17,497 nucleotides of DNA. It comes from Candidatus Heimdallarchaeota archaeon. GTDB lineage: Archaea > Asgardarchaeota > Heimdallarchaeia > Heimdallarchaeales > Heimdallarchaeaceae. The notes under the pieces are model-generated. The model was not told the DNA's origin, did not search any database, and saw only the letters and a program-made list of their open reading frames with translations. The DNA lies in assembly GCA_016840095.1 (NCBI GenBank), contig JAEOSZ010000093.1:1-17497 (forward strand), given 5' to 3'. Below are positions 9,459-16,737 of this stretch, piece after piece; position 1 is the first letter of the stretch; every line of letters starts with the position of its first letter. The position numbers and the translations under genes were made by a program.

Positions 9459-10670
9459 TCAATTACGTTTTCTTCTAATTACAATAACTGCTAAGATACT
9501 GAATAGAGAAAGCATTGGTAACACAACGATGAAGCTTGTGGGTGTTGGTGTTGGGCAGAGCACTTTAGACATAGCTGTCCAATTGTTGCTATTATAGTCA
9601 TAAGTATAAATCAAATCATAAGGTACTGATGCCTGTGTTCTACTTATTCCACCAAATAGAATAACCAAATCACTTTCGGAATCATAAGCTATTTGATGTC
9701 CATACCTTTCTGGTTGAGATGATGGATTCATGTTCTCCCATGTTTGTGTATTGTAATCAAAAATCCACGTTTCAGATACTATTGGAGAGTTAGCTAGCAG
9801 TTGCCATCCACCAATTAGAATAGTTCTATCACTCTCTGAATCGTAAGCTAATGCATGATCAATTCTATAGTCTGGATGAATAGTTGTAGTTACATTTTCC
9901 CAAGTATTAGAGTTATAGTCGTATACCCATGTTTCTTGGGAGTAATGTTCTGGACCTGGAGCATCATATGGTTGAGTATAGTACCCACCAAACATGATCA
10001 TCCTATCACTCTCTGAATCATAAACCATCTGTGCTTCAGCTAGACCAACATCTAAACCACTTGGATTCATATTCGTCCAGGTATCAGAATTGAAATCATA
10101 TGCCCAAGTATCGTTATAGTGGATATATTCTCCTGTTGGATTATATTCATTGTGCGCAATACCTCCATGCAAAATTACTACATCACTCTCCGAGTCATAT
10201 GCCATTACATGGTTGTGTCTAATTGCAGGAGTAGCATTAGGATTTGCTTTTGTCCATGTTCTAGTTACATAATCAAATATCCAAGTATCATCAGAATACG
10301 TACCATCTGGTGCAACTCCACTAAACTGAATCAATTTTTCTGATTCAGAGTCATATGCTATTGCAGTCCAACTGGAACCATTTGGTTGTCCTATAGGATT
10401 CAAATTAGTCCAATTGTTATTATTACAATCATAAGCTAAAACATCATAAGTAGAATGATCTTTGTAATCCCCAACAAAGCTTGTTGTACCTCCATATACA
10501 ATGATCACATCATTTAGTGTATCATAAATCATTGAATGACCAGCTTTTCCTGAAGGATATGGATTAGGAGCACATTGAGCTGAAACGTTAATAGATGCAG
10601 AGCAGAGTATAGTTATAAATAGAAAAGATATAAAGAGAATAACTTTGTTTTTGTGTTTTTTATTTTTCAT
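9459..10670 (-). CDS. Secreted, C-terminally anchored Kelch-repeat beta-propeller (paralog B)
   Basis: Same six-blade repeat, signal peptide, Pro/Thr linker and TM ending RRKRN. AGGTGA SD. Confidence 0.9.
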   Translation of the reverse strand: MKNKKHKNKVILFISFLFITILCSASINVSAQCAPNPYPSGKAGHSMIYDTLNDVIIVYGGTTSFVGDYKDHSTYDVLAYDCNNNNWTNLNPIGQPNGSSWTAIAYDSESEKLIQFSGVAPDGTYSDDTWIFDYVTRTWTKANPNATPAIRHNHVMAYDSESDVVILHGGIAHNEYNPTGEYIHYNDTWAYDFNSDTWTNMNPSGLDVGLAEAQMVYDSESDRMIMFGGYYTQPYDAPGPEHYSQETWVYDYNSNTWENVTTTIHPDYRIDHALAYDSESDRTILIGGWQLLANSPIVSETWIFDYNTQTWENMNPSSQPERYGHQIAYDSESDLVILFGGISRTQASVPYDLIYTYDYNSNNWTAMSKVLCPTPTPTSFIVVLPMLSLFSILAVIVIRRKRN

Positions 10671-10674
10671 TTTT

Positions 10675-10777
10675 TCACCTGTTAAAGCTCAAAACTTTAA
10701 CAAAACTATATTCACTTCAGATTACATGAAATATCGCAGAAATAAAAAATAGAAAAGTTTCACAATGGTTGTATAAC
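10675..10777. repeat. 103-bp upstream element, copy 2 (promoter plus 5' leader of Kelch B)
   Basis: Direct repeat of 9296-9398 at an offset of 1379 bp. Confidence 0.95.
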
Positions 10778-10794
10778 TCTTTTCGATATAGAAA

Positions 10795-12558
10795 TTAAAC
10801 TGGAGGTGCAGCTAGAGGGTAAAGATCTTCTGAACCAGCTGAACCTGAGATAGTGTAAGGACCAGAGATCCAGTCAGACCAATGATTCCCTTCTGAAGAA
10901 AGTATGTCATACCAAATATTATTAGTTCCTGAGTCAAATCCTTGACTTGTTCCCACGAGATTATTATTAATGAAACTATTATGATGAACCTTATTTTGAT
11001 ATCCTGCATAGATTACTACACCATACTGTGTATTGTCTGAGATAGAATTATATGTAATAGTAGTAAAATTTGTGAATCCAAACGCAATTCTACCAAACAA
11101 TATGATACCTAAACTGTTTTGAGAAACTGTATTATTCACTATGATGCAAGTCTCTGAATCATATAATGAGACCCCATACTGGTTATTCATCATAGTATTA
11201 TTATTGACTGTTATGTCTGTACATTCTGTAAGATCGATTCCTGTCATGATGTTGTTGCTGTAATTGTTTCTTTGAATGTCGATTTGAGTACTCCATGCTA
11301 TACTTGATCCAATGTTCCCATTGTAGTTACACTGATTTTCTATATGAGAATTGTTGAAGGAGTAATCATTTGATAAACCAACACGAGAATTGTAATTGAA
11401 AGTGTTGTTTTTACAAAGTGAGTTATTACTATAAAGAAACTCGATTCCCCCAATTTCATTGAAATTGCATATGTTGTTTTCAATAGTTGTATTGTCACTA
11501 TAAAAGATGTTAATTCCACATTCAGCAGAATTAATAATATTATTATCTAGTATATACAGATTTTCACAATAGTAAAAAGCTAGTCCTGTAGAATCAGTTA
11601 TATCTAAACCTGAAATTGTCAAGTTTGAGCTCTTTATAAAGATATATTGATCATGAAGATCAGTGTTTATCACTTGATTATGATAGTCAACATAGTAACC
11701 TAAAGGTTTACCATTTACGATATTTGATTCATCTACTATAAATGATTCATAATATTCTAGAGGAATAACATTCACTCCAAAAGTATATCTATTATAAGTA
11801 TCAAAGACTATACCAGAACCAATAATCTCATTATTCCTAATAACTGCGTTTGCAGAATCCCAAATATATAAACCTGTTAAAATATTTTGGTTTAAATTGT
11901 TTTGTTCAATTGTACAATTTGGGGAATATGATAAAGATATTCCATTTCCATCATTTTCTGAAACTTGATTCCTTAAAATCTGAGAATCTGGACAGTTGGC
12001 AATTAATATTCCATTACCAAAATTTGCATTCTCTGAAAATTCATTTTTACCTTCAACAGAGTTGATAGTATTATTTATCAATTTCATCTCATTTGAGTGA
12101 TGAATTGATATACCATTTTGACCATCTATGTTTTCACATGTATTATTGATTATATATGCTCCATCTGAGTTGGAAACAAAGATGCCAATTTTGCCGTTCT
12201 TAACAATATTATTAGAGATATGAGCTGTATTTTCAGCAGTATTCTGAATATAAATTCCTGCATATGGTGCTTCGATATCACACCCTTCTATAATAAAATG
12301 CTTCGTAGTATCAGCAATGAAAATACCTCTAGCTATGGAGGTGGAAATCTCATAATTAGTAATTAGATAAGGTTCAGTTTCAGTTCCCTTCCCTTCGAAC
12401 TTATAATTTCTAAAATCACTATCATTCCAAATAACGATGTTATCGAATTCTGTTAATCTTGGTGGAGAGATTACTGTAAAGTAAACAGCTAGAAACGTGG
12501 ATAATAATAAAACAACTGAAGAAGAAATTGCAATAATTATCTTGATTTTTCTATTCAT
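10795..12558 (-). CDS. Membrane-anchored right-handed parallel beta-helix (PbH1/NosD-like) surface protein
   Basis: N-terminal signal anchor, many GI-x-L-xx-S-xN-xx-I-xx-N-xxx-N repeats, GKGTETEPYLI at the N-terminus and a GNHWSDW...DLYPL C-terminal cap. Confidence 0.88.
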   Translation of the reverse strand: MNRKIKIIIAISSSVVLLLSTFLAVYFTVISPPRLTEFDNIVIWNDSDFRNYKFEGKGTETEPYLITNYEISTSIARGIFIADTTKHFIIEGCDIEAPYAGIYIQNTAENTAHISNNIVKNGKIGIFVSNSDGAYIINNTCENIDGQNGISIHHSNEMKLINNTINSVEGKNEFSENANFGNGILIANCPDSQILRNQVSENDGNGISLSYSPNCTIEQNNLNQNILTGLYIWDSANAVIRNNEIIGSGIVFDTYNRYTFGVNVIPLEYYESFIVDESNIVNGKPLGYYVDYHNQVINTDLHDQYIFIKSSNLTISGLDITDSTGLAFYYCENLYILDNNIINSAECGINIFYSDNTTIENNICNFNEIGGIEFLYSNNSLCKNNTFNYNSRVGLSNDYSFNNSHIENQCNYNGNIGSSIAWSTQIDIQRNNYSNNIMTGIDLTECTDITVNNNTMMNNQYGVSLYDSETCIIVNNTVSQNSLGIILFGRIAFGFTNFTTITYNSISDNTQYGVVIYAGYQNKVHHNSFINNNLVGTSQGFDSGTNNIWYDILSSEGNHWSDWISGPYTISGSAGSEDLYPLAAPPV

Positions 12559-12636
12559 TTACCTTACCTACCTTACACTCAATTTGAACAATTATGAGAA
12601 ATTGTATTTGTTTATTTTGCAACTGTTCTACAACAT

Positions 12637-13665
12637 TCATTCTATCACCTTTCTTCCTCTATCAGTTATGAAGACCTTATACTCTCTACCCCATCTTTCT
12701 TTAGATATCAATTCATTGTTTTCTAAAGGAGTCAAATTTCTAGATATCTTTGATTTCGTGAAACCTGTCCTATTTATCAACTCTTTCTGAGTTATTTTAC
12801 CTTCTGATTCAATAATCAGATTAAGAATTAGCTTCTGATCTTCTGTCAGAAATACTTTTCCTACTTCCTTCATTACCTTTGTTTCTTTTTTCTTCATCCA
12901 CCAATATACACTAAATGCTCCAAGAGCAATGCCAAATAATGGACCTACAATATATAACCATAAAGGATTGCTGGGATCACCAGGTTCATCAAAATATACT
13001 TCAATGAAGAAGTAAGTTTCTGGATTAACATTGATGAAAGACCAATAAATAAAAATTCTCCCTCCTGAAGGATCATAGGTACCATTAATAGGGAAGAAGG
13101 ATTGTTGAATTATTTCATCTTCATGTAACCAACTATTTGTTGGTAAACCTAATTCAACATTATATTCATGTGTAAAATATGTCAATACTGGGAAATATTG
13201 AAAATTATAATAATATGGAGGTTTGTGACCACTAGGATCAAGACTTATATCTAGATAATAATCAACAATAAATGTAAAACTTTGATTTGTGTTTATAACT
13301 TGGTCAAAATAAATGGTAATTGATTTTGTGATTTCATGAGGAACTGAAGTAATAGGTGAGTATCCTTCATCAGTAACTAATATATTTCTGAAATCTAAAT
13401 TCAAGCTTGGCCAAAATTCCATCTCGGAAATCGAATCATTTTCTAAATTCTTTATTTCCAGCTCTTCAACAACATGGATTTCATCAATGCTTCTGAAATC
13501 AATTCTAACCTTCTGATAGTTTACTTCTATAACCTCTTGATTTATCTCAGCATAAACTGAATCTTGGTTTGAAGAAATCGAAATATTGCTAGATTTACCT
13601 ATAGATATCAATAGCATTACTATTACTATTAAAAACTTAAAGGATATTCTAGCTATTTTGTTCAA
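12637..13665 (-). CDS. Membrane-tethered winged-HTH regulator: signal peptide, about 200-aa ectodomain, TM, C-terminal MarR-like wHTH (COG2512-like)
   Basis: TM LWLYIVGPLFGIALGAFSVYWW followed by KKK. wHTH: LTEDQKLILNLI...GKITQKEL...GFTKSKISRNLTPLENNELISKERWGREYKV. TTG start. Confidence 0.85.
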   Translation of the reverse strand: MNKIARISFKFLIVIVMLLISIGKSSNISISSNQDSVYAEINQEVIEVNYQKVRIDFRSIDEIHVVEELEIKNLENDSISEMEFWPSLNLDFRNILVTDEGYSPITSVPHEITKSITIYFDQVINTNQSFTFIVDYYLDISLDPSGHKPPYYYNFQYFPVLTYFTHEYNVELGLPTNSWLHEDEIIQQSFFPINGTYDPSGGRIFIYWSFINVNPETYFFIEVYFDEPGDPSNPLWLYIVGPLFGIALGAFSVYWWMKKKETKVMKEVGKVFLTEDQKLILNLIIESEGKITQKELINRTGFTKSKISRNLTPLENNELISKERWGREYKVFITDRGRKVIE

Positions 13666-13732
13666 TAGTAACCATTATCGAGGTTATAATTAAAAAGAAT
13701 TTCCCAAAAAAATAGAAAATAAAGAAGTTTAA

Positions 13733-14935
13733 CTACCTTCTTTTAAATTTCATAACTAAAACTACTGCAAAAGCAGAAATCAGACTTAGTATGTAAAAAT
13801 TTGTCTTTGATGTTGGAGGTGTGCAAATTTGATCAATCATTGTCCAGGTATCTGTATTAGAGTCATAGGTCCATAAATCACTAAGATAAGTACTAACAGA
13901 TGTAGCAACAAATCCTCCATATAGAATTATCAAATCACTTTCAGAATCATAAACCATTTGATGTGAAGATCTCTGTAATCCTGTTGGAGGAATCATTTCT
14001 GTCCATGTTTTTGTATTATAGTCGTACGTCCAGGTTTCATCTTGCATGTCTTCATTGTTCAAATGAGTATGTCCTCCAAACATAACTATCAAATCACTCT
14101 CAGAATCATAAGCCATTGCATGGTCCAATCTAGGATCTGGATTAACAAGAATGTCTGTAGCATTTTCCCAAGTATTAGTGTTGTAGTCATAAGCCCAAGT
14201 TTCCATCTTATACACTTGACCTGTTGGATCCATGAAGGGAACATCATATGGACTGTGATAACCTCCAAACATGATTATTCTGTCACTTTCTGAATCATAT
14301 GCCATTTGTGCTGAACTCATCCCTAGTGGGGAAGCAACTGGTGTAACATTTGTCCATGTATCTGTGTTTAGATCATATGCCCATGTGTCATTGTAGGTTA
14401 TACGGTCCCCATAAGGGTTGTAATCAGGTGTTAAAGCACCTCCATGCATGATCATAACATCTGATTCTGAATCATAAGCCATACAATGTCCAACTCTTAG
14501 AAGAGGATTAGCATTGGGTGCTTGAGGAGTCCAGGTATTTGCTGTATAATTATACACACTTGTTTCGTCCGAAGAGAAATCTTCAGCATGATTTCCTCCA
14601 AAACAAACAATTTGATCAGATTCTGAATCATATTCTAATTGTGTTCCTACAGAACCGTAAGGTGTTTCTGATGGAGACATTTTTGTCCAAGCATTGTTAT
14701 TATAGTCATAAACCCAAGTTTCAAAAGACCAATCAACATAAGCAGTAGTTGTTGTTCCCCCATATACAATTATTACATCATTAGTAGAATCATATGCCAT
14801 AGCATGAGCTACTCTACCTTGGGGACAAGCTGCATAAACTTGATTTGATATACTAACAGTAAAGAGTAGTAAAGAAGTGACAATTAAAACTGAAAAGAGA
14901 ATTCTTTTTTTGTTATTTTTCTTTTGTTTATTCAT
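13733..14935 (-). CDS. Secreted, C-terminally anchored Kelch-repeat beta-propeller (paralog C)
   Basis: Same repeat architecture, TM ending KFKRR. ATG 14935 follows an AGGTGA SD. Confidence 0.9.
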   Translation of the reverse strand: MNKQKKNNKKRILFSVLIVTSLLLFTVSISNQVYAACPQGRVAHAMAYDSTNDVIIVYGGTTTTAYVDWSFETWVYDYNNNAWTKMSPSETPYGSVGTQLEYDSESDQIVCFGGNHAEDFSSDETSVYNYTANTWTPQAPNANPLLRVGHCMAYDSESDVMIMHGGALTPDYNPYGDRITYNDTWAYDLNTDTWTNVTPVASPLGMSSAQMAYDSESDRIIMFGGYHSPYDVPFMDPTGQVYKMETWAYDYNTNTWENATDILVNPDPRLDHAMAYDSESDLIVMFGGHTHLNNEDMQDETWTYDYNTKTWTEMIPPTGLQRSSHQMVYDSESDLIILYGGFVATSVSTYLSDLWTYDSNTDTWTMIDQICTPPTSKTNFYILSLISAFAVVLVMKFKRR

Positions 14936-15012
14936 TTTATTCACCTAAAAGCTTTAAAGCTTCAAGAGATAGTAAGGTTCTCAAAATATTTGAAATGTTG
15001 CTCAAAGTATTG

Positions 15013-15027
15013 GTGAAACAGTTTCAC
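15013..15027. promoter_or_regulatory. Perfect inverted repeat GTGAAAC-A-GTTTCAC, candidate operator
   Basis: Perfect 7-1-7 dyad upstream of Kelch C. Its GTTTCACAA half recurs at 9378-9386 and 10757-10765 at nearly the same distance from the SD. Confidence 0.6.
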
Positions 15028-15191
15028 AACATTTAGACAAACTTGTTTGGGACATTCAAATTGCTTCAAAGCTTAGTAAATATGACATTACACATTATGT
15101 TATATAAACTATTTGGGGTTTCTTCAGATTGTTCTCTGAAAACAATTCTGTAACCTTATGAAACAATTCTTTTCAGATGGAATTTTTCTTG

Positions 15192-15207
15192 TTGCAAAAT
15201 TTATAAA
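15192..15207 (+). promoter_or_regulatory. BRE/TATA promoter of the aminotransferase (probably leaderless)
   Basis: GCAAAA followed by TTTATAAA (15200-15207), ending about 25 nt before ATG 15233. No SD is visible. Confidence 0.55.
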
Positions 15208-15232
15208 GAAGAAAATTACCTATATCTTGTTT

Positions 15233-16351
15233 ATGAAAATCGAAACATTTGAACTCGAGAGAAGACAATCCCTTTGGGAGAACTTTGTAGATTATAATCT
15301 TACTGAAAGTGGAATTCATCCTTTTACTTTAGAAGAACTCCTTAATTTAGATCAACTTGAAGAATTGTTCAACATTCGCATTGGATATGGACAAACAAAT
15401 GGTTCTATTGGTTTACGTGATGCTATAAGTAACCTTTATCCAACTTCTTCAATAGACAATATTTTAGTAACTAATGGTTCAGCAGAAGCTAATTTCATTT
15501 CTATTTGGAGTATTTTGGAAAAAGATGAAGACTATGTAGTTATGTTACCCAATTATATGCAAACTTGGGGTTTAGCTCAATCTTTTGGAACAAATGTTAG
15601 ACCTTTTTATCTTAAAGAAGAACTAAACTGGCAACCTGATCTTGATGAGTTAAAAGATGCTATTACAAGCAATACAAAAATGATATCTGTCTGCAATCCA
15701 AATAATCCTACAGGTTCTATTTTGAATGGTGAAGCTATGAATTGCATTATTGATCTTGCTCAGGATGTTGATGCATTTATTCATAGTGATGAGGTCTATC
15801 GAGGAGCAGAGCTTGATGGAAAGGAGATAGAGACATTTTATGGCAAATATGATAAGGTTATAGCAGTTGCAGGATTATCAAAAGCTTATAGTCTTCCAGG
15901 ATTAAGAATGGGCTGGATTGTGGCACCTGAAGACATTGCAGCTAAAGCTTGGGCATATCATGATTATACAACTATTTCTCCATGTGTTCTTAGTCAACAA
16001 ATTGCTGAATGGGCTCTTCAAAACGATAAACGAGAGATGATACTTACTAGAAATCGCAAGATTTTAAATGAAAATCTTGAATTCTTTCTAGATTGGGTTG
16101 AGACAAGAAAACATCTATTCAGTTTTATTCCTCAGAAAGCAGGAGCTATGTCTTTTGTTCGATACAATCTTGATATCAACTCTACTGAGTTAACTGAACA
16201 ATTAAGAAAGGAGAAAAGCTTGTTAATAGTTGCTGGAGATTGTTTTGGAATGGATGGATACCTTAGAATAGGAATAGGTTCAGAAAAAGATTATCTCCTT
16301 AAAGGTTTAGAAAGATTTGCTGAACTATTAGAGGAACTCATAGACTCCTAA
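15233..16351 (+). CDS. PLP-dependent aminotransferase, class I/II
   Basis: VTNGSAEA, CNPNNPTG, SDEVY, GLSKAYSLPGLRMGW (PLP lysine) and LRIG motifs. Start moved to ATG 15233 (MKIETFELER) based on TATA spacing. Confidence 0.93.
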   Translation: MKIETFELERRQSLWENFVDYNLTESGIHPFTLEELLNLDQLEELFNIRIGYGQTNGSIGLRDAISNLYPTSSIDNILVTNGSAEANFISIWSILEKDEDYVVMLPNYMQTWGLAQSFGTNVRPFYLKEELNWQPDLDELKDAITSNTKMISVCNPNNPTGSILNGEAMNCIIDLAQDVDAFIHSDEVYRGAELDGKEIETFYGKYDKVIAVAGLSKAYSLPGLRMGWIVAPEDIAAKAWAYHDYTTISPCVLSQQIAEWALQNDKREMILTRNRKILNENLEFFLDWVETRKHLFSFIPQKAGAMSFVRYNLDINSTELTEQLRKEKSLLIVAGDCFGMDGYLRIGIGSEKDYLLKGLERFAELLEELIDS

Positions 16352-16639
16352 TTCATCTTCTTCAAAAGCGTCTTTCATTATTTCTATTGTTTCATCTTTG
16401 TAAATGAATTTAATATTTAGCTCTCTTCTAGGTAACCATTCTAGTTCCCAATGTATCATCTCATCATCTGTTTTAAATCCAAGTTCATCTAGAACTTCTT
16501 GCTTGGGAATAGAATAACCATAGATGTTGATTAAGTTTCTAATTTTTTCGTACAGCTTTTTCGCTTCTTCCCTCTCTTTTCTGGAGATTTCTTGTAATGC
16601 TTTCCATGCACTTTGAGAAGATTTGTCATTTTCGTTCAA
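16328..16639 (-). CDS. Hypothetical protein, possibly a small winged-helix/PCI-like domain
   Basis: Charged N-terminal helix followed by a helix-helix-helix-beta-hairpin pattern. TTG start. 3' end overlaps the aminotransferase by 24 bp. Confidence 0.6.
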   Translation of the reverse strand: MNENDKSSQSAWKALQEISRKEREEAKKLYEKIRNLINIYGYSIPKQEVLDELGFKTDDEMIHWELEWLPRRELNIKFIYKDETIEIMKDAFEEDELGVYEFL

Positions 16640-16737
16640 ATGATTCCACTCTCAGACAAGTTTTGTGTAATTTCTGTCTGTTTATCAATAAAAGTAATGG
16701 AATATAAATATTTGTAGCACTTTTAAAAGAGAGAAAA

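Noticed and set aside
9296-10777. 103-bp repeats as IS/MITE ends or att sites
   Set aside because: No transposase or integrase and no target-site duplication. Both copies sit at equivalent promoter/SD positions of paralogous genes.
10795-12558. True nosD / nitrous oxide reductase function
   Set aside because: No nosZ, nosF or nosY context. The beta-helix is a generic archaeal surface domain.
12559-12576. Short tandem GTAAGGTAGGTAAGGTAA (minus strand) before the beta-helix start
   Set aside because: Most simply a reiterated SD-like sequence, too short to support a phase-variation claim.
10119-14748. ORFs 10119-10343, 10812-11009, 11850-12065, 12497-12790, 14042-14293 and 14518-14748
   Set aside because: They overlap the Kelch, beta-helix or wHTH genes on the opposite strand or in another frame and lack protein-like features.
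8094-14935. Recurring nucleotide motifs (e.g. TCTGAATCATA, TCATATGCCCA) as a CRISPR array
   Set aside because: These are degenerate, in-frame codon repeats of Kelch blades about 150-180 bp apart. No cas genes are present.
8094-14935. Diversity-generating retroelement acting on the Kelch genes
   Set aside because: No reverse transcriptase is present, no template/variable repeat pair with adenine-specific mismatches was seen, and the loop variation includes indels.
15158-15232. N-terminal extension of the aminotransferase given by the ORF track
   Set aside because: It spans the BRE/TATA promoter. ATG 15233 is the more plausible start.
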